Positions 1 through 10,579 of a stretch of DNA of 64,000 nt are shown in pieces. Location of the stretch: assembly GCA_963555825.3 (NCBI GenBank), contig CAUVXB020000001.1, forward strand, positions 1,344,001-1,408,000. Direction: 5' to 3'. Under the pieces are notes generated by a model. That model was not told where the DNA came from. It searched no databases and saw nothing but the letters and a program-made list of their open reading frames with translations. The stretch comes from Alphaproteobacteria bacterium. Its GTDB lineage: Bacteria > Pseudomonadota > Alphaproteobacteria > JAAXGF01. Position numbers and translations under genes: made by a program. Position 1 is the stretch's first letter. Each line of letters opens with the position of its first letter.

Positions 1-987
1 GAGTTCGGGACTGTAAGGCGGCAACAGCGCCAAGGTGACGTTGTCGGGGACGGTGAGGGCGCGCTCGTCGTGCCAACCGGCGCCGTCGCACATCATGACG
101 GCGTGCGCATCCTGGTCCAGGGTATCGGCGAAGTGTGCGAGAAACAGGTCCATGACCTTGGCGTTGACGCTCGGCATCACCAGGGTGACGTCGTCGCCGG
201 TGTCCGGGCGCACGGCGGAGAAGATGTAGGCCCACTGGTAGCCGATTTGACGCGTCCCGGGGGCACGCTCGCCCCTGCGCCACCACCGGTGACACACCCG
301 GCCCTTGTTGCCGACGCGCGCTTCATCCTGAAACCACAGCTGTAGGCGCTTGTCGGGATGCGCCGCGGCGGTCGCCTTCAGGATGTCGCGAAGCCCCCTT
401 TTTTGAAGCGCTCCTGCGCTTCGGCGTCCCTTCGCGGGTGGCTCGGGCGCGCCTTCTGGCGGGAAAATCCCATCCGCCGTAGAACCCGGGTCATGCTCGA
501 GGGGTGGTAGGTCTTGGCGAAGCGCTCCTCCAGCCAGCGGCACAGATCGGCCCGGGTCCAGGCGCAAACCCCGTCGCGCTCAGGCTCCGGCCCGGCGATG
601 ATGACCGCCGCCAGCGCCGCTTCCTCGTCTGCCGTCAGCCGCCGCGGCGAGTAGCCCTTTGGACGGTCGTGAAGCCCCTCCAATCCCTTTGCATTGTAAC
701 GAACAACCGCGTCGCGAAGCGTTTGGCGATCCATCCCCGCAAGCCGCGCGGCATCAGCCCGGGGCATCTCCTCCAAAGCATTCGCGATCCCATAGGCCCG
801 CGCCGCCGCTCGACCGTACGATTCCACGCGAGCCCAGCGCCGAAGCTCCAAAGGCGTCAAATCATCCCGTATCTTGAGTGCTGATCCCATGACATCCCCC
901 ACATCTGGTGGGAGACCATAGAATCACAATCCGCCATCATCCGCCATCAATGAATATCCCGAGAGTCAATTCAGGCGCTCACTGGTA
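1..987 (-). mobile_element. IS630-family insertion sequence, runs off the window start; two-ORF transposase joined by a -1 frameshift
   Basis: orfA 378..890 is the HTH part (RQTLRDAVVRYNAKGLEGL, GFSRQKARPSHP). A slippery AAAAAAGGGGG run near 393-404 leads into the DDE frame (WFQDEARVG...DGAGWH...LLPPYSPEL). The end is ...CACTGGTA at ~987. Confidence 0.9.
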
Positions 988-996
988 TCAGACGAC

Positions 997-1332
997 ATGG
1001 GCGCGGATTACCGCCTCGCCTTCCCCTACCAGGCCGCCGGCGCGCTGATCGCCGAACTTCTGGCGGCGGCTCGGCAAGGTCACGATCGGCGAGCGGCATC
1101 GAATCCCAAAGCCGACCCGTCGGGCGGATCAAGCGGCTCCTGGCTGCTCAAGCCGCAACGCGTGGCGATCGCGCTGACGCCCGATCGCTCGACGGTGGTG
1201 CTCAGGTTCCACATCGCCGAGGGCGCGCAAATCGAGGTCGGCGTCAGCCAGGACGACCTGCCCAAGCTGCAAGAGGCGCTCGACGTGACGACCAAGCGGC
1301 TCGCCGAGGACGGCGCCAAGGAGACGAGCTAG
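997..1332 (+). CDS. Hypothetical protein, possibly the 3' part of a gene interrupted by the IS630
   Basis: 111-aa ORF with GC-rich codon usage starting 10 bp from the IS end; no recognisable motif and no clear RBS. Confidence 0.5.
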   Translation: MGADYRLAFPYQAAGALIAELLAAARQGHDRRAASNPKADPSGGSSGSWLLKPQRVAIALTPDRSTVVLRFHIAEGAQIEVGVSQDDLPKLQEALDVTTKRLAEDGAKETS

Positions 1333-1336
1333 CCCC

Positions 1337-2050
1337 CTAAACGGTGTCCTCAAGCCGGCAATTGACCGGCAGTTCGACGACCGAGGCGGTGTTGGGCAGG
1401 GCGATGACGCTGGCGACCAGTTCAGCGAGGTCGGCCGGGTCGATCATGTCGTCGAGCGGGAAGCCGCTGACATCCGCCGTCATGTCGGTGCGCACATAGC
1501 CGGGACAGACGGCGGTCACGCGGACGCCGGCGTCCCAGCCCGCTTGGCGCGTCGCGTGGCTCAGCGCCATGACGGCGAACTTGCTCATCGAATAACCGGC
1601 GTCGGCGCCGGGCACCCGCTTGCCCGACAGCGAGGCGATGTTGATGACGCGGCCGGCGCCCGAGGCCTTGAGATGCGGCAGCGCGAGGCGGATCATGCGC
1701 ATCGGCGCCTTGACGTTGACCGCCCACATGGCGTCGAGCGCGTCTTCGTCGTCGTCTTCGAGGCCCGCGCGGCGCGCGATGCCGGCGTTATTGACGAGGC
1801 CGTCGAGGCGGCCGAACTGGGTGGTCGTCGCGGCCACCCAGGCGGCGTTGGAGATCGCGTCATAGGCGTCGAAATGATGGGTCACGACGCGCGCATCGGC
1901 AAAGTCGGCGACCGCCGTATCGAGCGCCTCGACGTCACGCGCGCCGAGGCTCAACGTATAACCCTTGCCGTGCAGGCAGCGGGCGACGGCATTGCCGATG
2001 CCCCGGTTCGCGCCGGTCACCATGATCACCCGGCCTTGTGGAGACAGCAT
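1337..2050 (-). CDS. Short-chain dehydrogenase/reductase (SDR)
   Basis: TGANRGIG Rossmann motif, NNAG, catalytic YSMSK. Confidence 0.92.
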   Translation of the reverse strand: MLSPQGRVIMVTGANRGIGNAVARCLHGKGYTLSLGARDVEALDTAVADFADARVVTHHFDAYDAISNAAWVAATTTQFGRLDGLVNNAGIARRAGLEDDDEDALDAMWAVNVKAPMRMIRLALPHLKASGAGRVINIASLSGKRVPGADAGYSMSKFAVMALSHATRQAGWDAGVRVTAVCPGYVRTDMTADVSGFPLDDMIDPADLAELVASVIALPNTASVVELPVNCRLEDTV

Positions 2051-2096
2051 GGACCCTATCCCTTCCCTGGTTTGCCGGCATCCGTGGATCCGAACA

Positions 2097-2849
2097 CTAT
2101 ATGACCGTCACGGCATCGCCGCTCGATATCGCACCGGGCACGACGACGTTGGCATAGACGCCCAAGTTTGCGCCATTGTGGCGTGTGACGGTATCGAGTA
2201 TCGCCCGATCCCGCGGCAGCACGCCCTGCGCGAGTGTCGTCATCGCGCAGCGTCGGCAGTGCTCGGTGATTTCGAGCGTCACCGCGCCGATGTGGAGCCG
2301 GCGTCCGAGCCAGCCGTTCTCGACGAACCCGCTCAGCCTCTTGGTGCCGACCAGGATATTGGCGCGGAAGCGCCGGATGTCGGCCGCGCCCTCGGGATAG
2401 AGCTCCGTAAGGCGGTCGAGCGAGGATGTCGTCAAAAGATGGAGCGGCGCGTGTTCGTAGGACTGTGCGAATCGGCTGCCGTCAGCGGCGGCCGCTCGAC
2501 CGACGCGGCGCAGGACGACGTCGTGACCGAGCAACGCGCTGAGCCGCACCTCGACATCCGGCGCACCGCTTCGGAGCACCGTACCGTCGGGCAAGTGGAC
2601 CGCGACCGGCGGGCAGTCGGCGCCGATTTGCGGTGGTTCTATGAAGCGCGCCTGAACCTGGACCAGATTGCGCCACTTGCGCCCGCGCGCGGCGAAGCCC
2701 GCTTCGGACGCGCCGGTGGCGTAGACCCCCCAGCCGCGGTCACCGATGACGCCGCCGGTATCGATCTCGACGCTCTCGACCGTCTCGCCGCACATCGATG
2801 CGACGGGATAGCGCCAGAGCGCCGTGACCGTGCCGATCGCTTCCGTCAT
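2097..2849 (-). CDS. MOSC domain-containing protein
   Basis: LWRYPVASM..GE, GDR, RRFRANI, CRRCAMTT, LGVYA.V...G.I..GD motifs; start overlaps the gpx stop. Confidence 0.88.
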   Translation of the reverse strand: MTEAIGTVTALWRYPVASMCGETVESVEIDTGGVIGDRGWGVYATGASEAGFAARGRKWRNLVQVQARFIEPPQIGADCPPVAVHLPDGTVLRSGAPDVEVRLSALLGHDVVLRRVGRAAAADGSRFAQSYEHAPLHLLTTSSLDRLTELYPEGAADIRRFRANILVGTKRLSGFVENGWLGRRLHIGAVTLEITEHCRRCAMTTLAQGVLPRDRAILDTVTRHNGANLGVYANVVVPGAISSGDAVTVI

Positions 2850-3352
2850 TCGTTTCCCGTTTGGCGAGCCGACCAGTCGGCGATCAGTCCGGCGATGGTG
2901 CTGGTGATTTCGTCATCGAGTGGCCCGACGTCGGACGGCCACAAGCCGGCGAGTTCACCGTCCGGGCCGATCAGATATTTGTGGAAATTCCATTTCGGCG
3001 CGGCGCCTTCGCCAATTTCGTCGACGATCCAGCGGTAGAACGCGTGGGCGTCGCCGCCGATCACCGTCTGCTTCGCGGCCATCGGAAAGTCGACGCCGTA
3101 GTTGGCGGTGCAGAATGCCTGGATGTCGGCCTCGCCGCCCGGCTCCTGGGCGCCGAAGTCGTTCGATGGCACACCGAGCACCACCAAACCCTTGTCGCGG
3201 TAGCGCGCCCACAGCGCCTGCAGATCGGTGTACTGCGGCGTATAGCCGCACTCGGATGCGGTATTCACGATCAGCACCGCCTTGCCCGTGTAGTCGGCGA
3301 GCGCGATCACCCCGCCGTCGATGGCTTCGAATTGGTGGTCGTGAGCCGACAT
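2846..3352 (-). CDS. Glutathione peroxidase (Cys-type)
   Basis: VNTASECGYTPQY, LGVPSNDFGAQEPG and PKWNFHKYLI motifs; start taken at ATG 3352. Confidence 0.93.
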   Translation of the reverse strand: MSAHDHQFEAIDGGVIALADYTGKAVLIVNTASECGYTPQYTDLQALWARYRDKGLVVLGVPSNDFGAQEPGGEADIQAFCTANYGVDFPMAAKQTVIGGDAHAFYRWIVDEIGEGAAPKWNFHKYLIGPDGELAGLWPSDVGPLDDEITSTIAGLIADWSARQTGNE

Positions 3353-3447
3353 GGCGCCCCTCCTCTGCCGCGGCACGAATTTGGCTAAGGTTAGCACCAA
3401 TTCTGGCCAGCGATCACGCGGCGAATACCGCCGCCGGCCCAGGCCGG

Positions 3448-3578
3448 GCTAGCCAATGCATACAAAAACGTAAGCAGTATTCCTTTTCCATGGCGCATTC
3501 GGTTGCGCGGCATGTGCAAACCGTGCGTAAATATATACTGCTTACGTTTAAAGGACGGCGCCGCTCGCGTTGGTTGGC
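3448..3578 (+). other. Long imperfect inverted repeat (rod-like hairpin); candidate ncRNA or miniature element
   Basis: Perfect 15-bp arms AAACGTAAGCAGTAT (3466-3480) and ATACTGCTTACGTTT (3535-3549), an inner stem, and an outer 12-bp stem with G:U pairs (3448-3459/3567-3578). Confidence 0.5.
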
Positions 3579-3591
3579 GCGGACCGCTCGC

Positions 3592-4071
3592 CTAGAAACC
3601 GAAGCGGCGCGCGCCGCTCTGGCGTTTCTCGAGATATTGCTGGTGGTAGTCCTCGGCCAGGTGGTACGGCCCGGCCGGCACTATCTCGGTGACGATCCGC
3701 TCGCCAAGCCCGCTCGACGCCGCGAAGCGCGCCTTGGACGCCCGTGCCGCCGCATCCTGCGCCTCGCCGAGAGTGAAGATGGCCGAGCGGTACTGGCTAC
3801 CGACGTCCGGACCCTGTCGGTTGAGCGTCGTCGGGTCGTGAATGCCCCAAAAAACGTCGAGCAGCGCGTCATAGGTGACGCGGTCGGGGTCGAACTCGAC
3901 CATAACCGCCTCGGCGTGGCCGGTTTGGCCGCCGCATACCGCGCGGTAGTCGGGATCGTCGGTCGTGCCGCCGGTGTAGCCGACCGAGGTCGCGGTGACG
4001 CCGTCGATGCGGCGGAAGGCCGCTTCGATGCCCCAGAAACAGCCGGCGGCGACGATTGCCTTTTCCATCAT
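3592..4071 (-). CDS. msrA: Peptide-methionine (S)-S-oxide reductase
   Basis: AAGCFWG, GHAEAV, HDPTTLNRQGPDVGSQYRSAIF, AEDYHQQYL. Confidence 0.96.
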   Translation of the reverse strand: MMEKAIVAAGCFWGIEAAFRRIDGVTATSVGYTGGTTDDPDYRAVCGGQTGHAEAVMVEFDPDRVTYDALLDVFWGIHDPTTLNRQGPDVGSQYRSAIFTLGEAQDAAARASKARFAASSGLGERIVTEIVPAGPYHLAEDYHQQYLEKRQSGARRFGF

Positions 4072-4146
4072 GTGCCTCGCTCCGATGTGTCCCTTTAACT
4101 TAGGGCCGTGTGGCCGGATTGCCATGCCGAATTTACGCGCCCGCGG

Positions 4147-7100
4147 TCAGGCGGCCGCCAACGCGTCGTCGAGCGCCGGCAAGGCCGTTACCTAGCCGAC
4201 CGCCGCCGCCCCTCGTCGCGCAGCCTCAACAGTTCTTGCAGGGTCGCGTCGTCCCGCTTGCCGCGGCCGAAGGCCGCCAACGCCCGGCCATGCGCGATGC
4301 AGAAATCGGTGTAGGGCAGCGGCTCGGCGCTGGTGTACGCCTCGAGGGCGTCGGCGTAACGCTCGGCCTCGTCCCAATCGGACATCGCCAGCGTCACCTT
4401 CATCGCGTCGGGATAGAAGGTGATGTGGTTGTGGCTGACGCAGCCTTCCGCCAGCAACCGCTCGCCCTCGGTCAGATGACGCGATGTCTCCTCGTCATCG
4501 TCGGATGCCACGGCCAATGTGCCGTAGATCTTGGGACCGCAAAAGCGCGGCCCGAATTGCAGCGCCAAATCGAGCGCCTTTTTCGCGAGCTTCCGCGCCT
4601 TTGCCTTCTCGCCGAGCGCCACCAGGGCGCGGCACTGCTCGTCCAGACATTGCGCTTCGAAGCGGCCGGCGCCGATTTCCTGGGCCAGCTTGACCCCGGC
4701 GATCGCCCAGTCCAAGGCATCGTCGAAATCGCCGGTGAACAACTTGACCCAGCAGATCACGAGACAGGCGACGGATTCACTGCGCGGTTGGAAGATTCGC
4801 GCGGCCTCCTTGCGCGCTTCCGTGGCGTCCTCGAGCGCCGGCCCGGGACGATTCGACCACAGAAACGTAATCGACCGCTGATGCAGGTTCGCCGCCCGGT
4901 CGCGCGCCAAGCCGTTCTCCTCGGCCCGCTTGACCGCCTGGTCGTAATAGCCATGCGCCGTCAGCATACGGCCGCGCATATAATTGGCGTCACCCAGGCC
5001 GCTCAGGGCGCCGACCTCGGTCCTGACCGCGCCCGCCTCCCGCGCATAGTCGATGGCCCGCTCATGAGACGCCAGGCAGTCGTCTATGCGGCCCAACGGG
5101 AAGCAATAGTTGCCACGTAGGTAATGGATATGGGCCAGGTCCGAGGTCGAATTAATCGCCTGGGCGGCGTGTTGCGCCCGATCCAGTACGGCGAGACCCT
5201 CTTCGTAACGATCGACGATACGCATCCCCTCGGCCAGCCCGATATTGGCGCGGCAAATTCCGGCATCGGTCGTGGCGGCCTCCGATGCTTGCTCGAAGGT
5301 CTCGATCGAGCGGTCCGACCGCCCCAAATCACGCAACAGATCACCCTTGAAACAGATCAGGTCGAAGCGGACCTCGCCATCCGGATCGAGTTCCAGGCCC
5401 TTGTCGGCGAGGTTCATCGCGGCTTCGTACCGGTATGCGTCGATCTGGCCGCGTGCCGCCGCCAGATAGGCGCCCGGCGCGCCGGGATCGCCCGCGCCCT
5501 CGAGATGCTGGGCGTGCAGCACCGGATCGTGGTCGCTGAACCAGTCCGACGCGCGGTGGTGCAACTCGCGCCGTCGGTTGGTCAGCAGTGACGCATAGAC
5601 GCCGTCGCGGATCAGCGCGTGGGAGAACAGATAGTCGCTGCCATGCGGCCGGACGAGGTGACTGGCGACGAGGATTTCAGGGCCGTATTCGGCCGCGCCG
5701 ACGACATGTCTGAGCGCGTCAACCGAAAAGCGTTGGCCGAGGACCGACGCCGCCTGCAACGCACTACGGTCCTCGGGCGCAAGGCGGTCCATGCGGGACT
5801 GAACGATGCTCTGGACCGAGCCCGGGATCGCCTCCTCGGTCGCCTCCATGGCGCTCCGCAACAGCTGCTCGAGGAACAGCGGGTTGCCCTCGGCCCGTTC
5901 GACGCAGGCCGCGGCCACGCGTCTGTCGATGTCGAGGAAGTCCCGCGCGAGGTCCAGTGCCTCGGTGTCGCGAAGCGGGCTGAGGTCGATCGTGCTGAGC
6001 GGCGCGCCGCCCGTCGTGCTGCGCCACCCTTGATCGAGCTGATCGCCTTCGATGCGCGACGTCATGACCAGCAGCGCCGGTAATTCGGCGACCGTCGCGG
6101 CCAACCTGGAAAGATGATCCAAGACGATCGCATCCGCCCAGTGCACATTCTCGACTCTGAGCAACAGCGGCAACCCCTGGCTGCGTTGCCTGACCAGCGC
6201 GGCCACCGTTTCCTGCTTGCCGCGATTGCGTGCGGCGTTTTCCATCGATTCGTAGAGAAACGAGAGTTCTTCCGGCTGGTCGAGATCGAGCAGATCGTTC
6301 AGAAACGCGCGTTGCCGCGGCTCGACCAGAGCGTCGGCGAATGCCGTTTCGGCCGCCCGCATGCGGGCGTCCTTGCCGCCGCCGAGCGGCACGTCGAGCA
6401 GACTCCTGACCAGCGCCCTGATGGCGTCCTGGCCCTTGCCGACGCCGAGGTCGAGGATCAGTCCGGCATGCGTCTCGAAGCCCGCTTCCTCGGCCAGCCG
6501 CTGGTATTCCTCGATCAGCCGGGTCTTGCCGATACCGGCCTCGCCACGCACATAGATCGACTGGCCCAGGCCGCTCTGCAGGCAATCCTCGATCGACGAT
6601 TCGAACTGCCGCAATTCCCTGCGTCGACCGACGAAGGGATGATCATGCGCCATCGCCGCGGCGCCCAATTCCTCCAGGCGCCAGACCGTGACCGGCTGGC
6701 TCAGGCCCTCGATCACCTTGGCGCCCAGCGACTCGCCGACGAAGCGGTCGGCGAGCGCCGATTGGACCGCGTCCGACACCAGGGTCTCGTTCGTCGCCGC
6801 CAAACTGGTCAGCCGGGAAGCCAGGTTCACGCTATCGCCGGTCATGGTGTATTCGCGGTGGTCGTCCGAGCCCGTGCCGCTGGCGACGACCTGGCCCGAG
6901 GCGATGCCGATATGCACCTGGAGAGGCGGTTCCAACGCCGCGACGGTCTTGTGCGTATCGAGCGCCGCGCGGACCGCCCTCTCGGGATCGTCTGTATGGG
7001 CGATCGGCGCGCCGAACACCGCCATGACGGCGTCGCCGATGTGCTTGTCGATGGTGCCGCCGTAGCCCGTCACCACGCGGTCGACGGCGGCGAAAAACTG

Positions 7101-7427
7101 GTTGAGCAGCGCGTGGGTCTCCTCGGCGTCGAGCCCGCTGGACAGCTTCGTGTAGCCCGATAGATCGGCGAACATGACGGTGACCTGCCGGCGCTCGCCC
7201 TGGGGCGTGGTCGGCTCGGGCGGCGCCGTCGACGCGCTGGCCCGGACGCCGCCGAGCTCGGCGATCGCCTTTTGCACCTTGCGCCGGGGGCCAAGCGGCA
7301 GGCCGATCTGTTCGAGATCCTGCTCGCTCAGTTCCGGCAGCACCTCGAGGTCGATCTAGTTCTCGGCAAACACCTGGGCGTACTTGCCGAGCCCGATCCC
7401 TTCGAGCCAATCGATTATGTCGCTCAC
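4147..7427 (-). pseudogene. SAM-domain adenylate/guanylate cyclase with AAA ATPase and TPR region; disrupted
   Basis: GTG start at 7427 after GGAGG. In-frame TAG at 7356-7358 (FAEN*IDL, codon 24). Cyclase motifs ERRQVTVMFADLSGYT, GDAVMAVFGAP; P-loop GEAGIGKT. A frameshift and second TAG near 4192-4212 remove the apparent tail VTALPALDDALAAA. Confidence 0.8.
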
Positions 7428-7480
7428 GTCGGCCTCCGCCTCCCGGAGCAGAGGCTAGCCGGTTTCGAGCGTCGGTTCTA

Positions 7481-8326
7481 GGGCCTGTTGACAATTAGGG
7501 GATTCCCAAACCTGCTAAAAAGTGATTCAAGCTTCCTTTTCGGGGGAGTTTTTGATGAACACGGAGCGTTTCGTCATCGCAGACGAGGTTTGGGAAAAGG
7601 TTTCACCGCATCTTCCGGGCAAGGCTACGGATTGCGGCGTTACGGCGGCAGACAACCGGTTGTTTTTGGAAGCCGTTTTGTGGCGCGTCCGAACGGGGTC
7701 TCCGTGGCGTGACCTGCCGGTTGCTTTCGGAAATTGGAACAGTATTTTCCAGCGCTTTCGCCGATGGGCGAGGAACCGTGTTTTCGAACGGCTGTTCGAA
7801 GTTCTGTCGGAGGAACCGGACTTCGAATACGCCCTCATCGACGGCACCATCGTCAGCGTTCACCAAAAGGCAAGCGGCGCAAAAGGGGGACTCAACATCA
7901 GGCCATCGGGCGTTCGAAAGGAGGTCTGACCACTAAGATCGTCGCCCTGGTGGATGCCCTGGGAAACTTGGTGCGTTTCGTGCTCTTGCCTGGCCAACGC
8001 CATGACACGATTGGCGTCGTCCCCTTGATCCAAGACGTTCACTTCGATGCCCTGTTGGCCGACAAGGCTTTCGATGTCGATTGGCTGCGGGAGGACTTGA
8101 ACCAACGCGGTGCCACTGCCGTCATCCCGCCGAAAGCCAACCGAAAACGGCAGATCGCCTACGATAAGGACATGTACCGATGGCGTCACTTGGTCGAAAA
8201 CTACTTCGCCAAAATCAAGGAGTTCCGGGGCATCGCAACACGCTACGACAAAACCGACACAAGCTACGCCGCAAACTTGAACCTCGTCGCCACAGTCATC
8301 GCACTGCGCTAATTGTCAACGGACCC
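7481..8326 (+). mobile_element. IS5-family (IS427-type) insertion sequence, frameshifted two-ORF transposase 7555..8312
   Basis: Inverted repeats GGGCCTGTTGACAATTAG / CTAATTGTCAACGGACCC, inserted in CTAG with TA duplicated; DNRLFLEAVLWRVRTGSPWRDLP, slippery AAAAGGGGG, RGIATRYDKT. Confidence 0.93.
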
Positions 8327-8361
8327 TAGACCAACGCGCCGCCCGCGCTTGGCGCAATCAA

Positions 8362-8390
8362 TTGACAGGCGACGCGGCGCGGGGAGTAAT
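8362..8390 (+). promoter_or_regulatory. Putative sigma70 promoter of the amine dehydrogenase gene
   Basis: TTGACA-17 bp-AGTAAT about 40 bp upstream of ATG 8432; the -10 box is imperfect. Confidence 0.4.
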
Positions 8391-8431
8391 GGGCGGCCGT
8401 TACGCAGATGCCGAAGTTCGAAGGGAAAAAT

Positions 8432-10489
8432 ATGGCCCGCGATTCTCGTTACGATGTCCTGTTCGAGCCGGTTCGGATCGGCCCGGTGACGACCCGCAAC
8501 CGATTCTTCCAGGTGCCGCACTGCTGCGGCATGGGAACGCAATACCCCCACACCCAGGCGGTCATGCGCGGCGTCAAGGCCGAGGGCGGCTGGGGCGTCG
8601 TGTGTACCGAGGAGTGCATGTTCCACATGACCTCGGAGATCGCGCCCTATCCCAACCCGATGCTGTGCGACGATGCCGACATCCCGGCGATGGCGCTGAT
8701 CGCCGACGCGATCCACGAGCACGGCGCACTGGCCGGCACCGAGCTGGTGCACCACGGGCTGACGGCGATCAACCGCTACAGCCGCGAATTGCCGATCGGG
8801 CCGTCCGCGCTGCCAACCCTTTATGGCGATCCGGTCCACGCGCGGGCGATGGACAAGACCGACATCCGCGAGTTCCGCCGCTGGCACCGCAACGCGGCCA
8901 AGCGCGCCAAACAGGCCGGCTACGACGTCGTCTACGTTTACGCCGCGCACAACATCGCGCTGCCGATGCACTTCCTGGCCAAGCGCTACAATGACCGCAC
9001 CGACGAGTACGGCGGTTCGATGGAGAACCGCGCGCGGCTGATCCGCGAGCTCTTGGAAGAGACCAAGGACGCGATCGGCGATACCTGTGGCGTGGTCATC
9101 CGCTTCGCCGTCGACGAGCTGCTGGGCGAGCGGGGCATCACCAAGGAAAACGAGGGCCGCGAGGTCATCGAGATGCTCGCCGAACTGCCCGACATGTGGG
9201 ACGTCAACATTGCGAAATGGGAGAACGATTCGCAGACCTCGCGCTTCTCCGAGGAGGGCTTCCAGGAACCTTACATCGACTTCGTCAAGAAGCTGACGAC
9301 CAAGCCGGTGCTGGGCGTCGGCCGCTTCACCTCGCCCGATGCCATGGTCAGCCAAATCAATCGAGGCATCCTTGACCTGATCGGCGCGGCGCGGCCGTCG
9401 ATCGCCGATCCGTTCCTGCCCAAGAAGGTCGAGGAGGGCCGCATCGAGGACATCCGCGAGTGCATCGGCTGCAACTTCTGTGTCGGGACCAACAACACCG
9501 GCGCGCCGATGCGCTGCACCCAGAACCCGACGGTCGGTGAGGAATGGCGCCGCGATTGGCACCCCGAGGCGATTGCGCCTAAGGGCTCGGACGACAAGGT
9601 GCTGATCGTCGGCGCCGGACCCGCCGGGCTCGAGGCGGCGCGCGCGCTGGGCCAACGCGGCTACGAGGTGCATCTCGCCGAGGCGGCGGCCGAGATCGGC
9701 GGCCGGGTGACCGCCGAATCGGCCCTGCCCGGCCACGCCGCCTGGGCCCGCGTGCGCGACTATCGCGGCTATCAGATAAGCCAGATGGGCAACGTCTCGA
9801 TCTACCGCGAAAGCCGGATGAGCGCCGCCGAGGTGTGCGAGTTCGGCGCGCCCAACGTGGTCATCGCGACCGGCGCGCGGTGGCGCAAGGACGGCGTCGG
9901 CCGCAGCAACATGTTCCCGATCCCGGGCGCGGACGGCGCGAACGTGTTGAGCGCCGGCGAGGTGCTGGCCGGCGCCGCGGCCGAGGGCCCGGTCGTGCTC
10001 TACGACGACGACGGCTACTACCTGGGCGGCGCGCTCGCCGAGAAGCTCCGTTCCGCCGGCCACGCGGTGACCCTGGTGACGCCCGATACCCACGCCTCGG
10101 CCTGGTGCGATTACACGTTGGAGCACGACCGCATCCAGGCGCGCTTGATCGAGCTCGACATCGCCGTCGTGCCGAACCGCGAGCTTGCGGCGATCGACGC
10201 GGGCGGCGTCGAGATCGCCTGCATCTACAGCGGCGCGCGCGAACGGCTGGTTTGCCGCACGGTCGTCATCGCCGCCGGGCGGCTGCCCGACGACGACCTC
10301 TATCACGCGCTGATGTCCAACGCGGCCGCGCTGAGCGAGGCGGGCATCGCGTCGGTCACGCGGATCGGCGATTGCCTGGCGCCCGGCACGATCGCCGCGG
10401 CGGTTCACGGCGGCCACCGCTACGCCCGCGAACTCGACGGCCCGGCGATCGCCGATGTCGCGTTCCGGCGCGAACGCACCGCGCTCTAG
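8432..10489 (+). CDS. Trimethylamine/dimethylamine/histamine dehydrogenase-family flavoprotein (old yellow enzyme fold, 4Fe-4S)
   Basis: RFFQVPHC.GMG, NDRTDEYGGSMENR, ARPSIADPFLP, ECIGCNFC...CTQNPT cluster motif, VGAGPAGLE. Confidence 0.88.
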   Translation: MARDSRYDVLFEPVRIGPVTTRNRFFQVPHCCGMGTQYPHTQAVMRGVKAEGGWGVVCTEECMFHMTSEIAPYPNPMLCDDADIPAMALIADAIHEHGALAGTELVHHGLTAINRYSRELPIGPSALPTLYGDPVHARAMDKTDIREFRRWHRNAAKRAKQAGYDVVYVYAAHNIALPMHFLAKRYNDRTDEYGGSMENRARLIRELLEETKDAIGDTCGVVIRFAVDELLGERGITKENEGREVIEMLAELPDMWDVNIAKWENDSQTSRFSEEGFQEPYIDFVKKLTTKPVLGVGRFTSPDAMVSQINRGILDLIGAARPSIADPFLPKKVEEGRIEDIRECIGCNFCVGTNNTGAPMRCTQNPTVGEEWRRDWHPEAIAPKGSDDKVLIVGAGPAGLEAARALGQRGYEVHLAEAAAEIGGRVTAESALPGHAAWARVRDYRGYQISQMGNVSIYRESRMSAAEVCEFGAPNVVIATGARWRKDGVGRSNMFPIPGADGANVLSAGEVLAGAAAEGPVVLYDDDGYYLGGALAEKLRSAGHAVTLVTPDTHASAWCDYTLEHDRIQARLIELDIAVVPNRELAAIDAGGVEIACIYSGARERLVCRTVVIAAGRLPDDDLYHALMSNAAALSEAGIASVTRIGDCLAPGTIAAAVHGGHRYARELDGPAIADVAFRRERTAL

Positions 10490-10579
10490 CGGCGCCGGCC
10501 GGCGCGGGGCCGGGCCCCCACGCGGCGATTGCCCCCCTCTCAACGACACTCTCTACAAATGAAGTCAGACACCTTTTAA

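Noticed and set aside
3448-3578. Calling the rod-like hairpin 6S RNA
   Set aside because: It is shorter than typical 6S RNA, lacks the usual zapA/ygfA context, and I could not recognise conserved 6S sequence; it is left as an unknown.
2846-4071. Selenoprotein forms of glutathione peroxidase or MsrA
   Set aside because: Both have ordinary Cys codons at the active site and no in-frame TGA.
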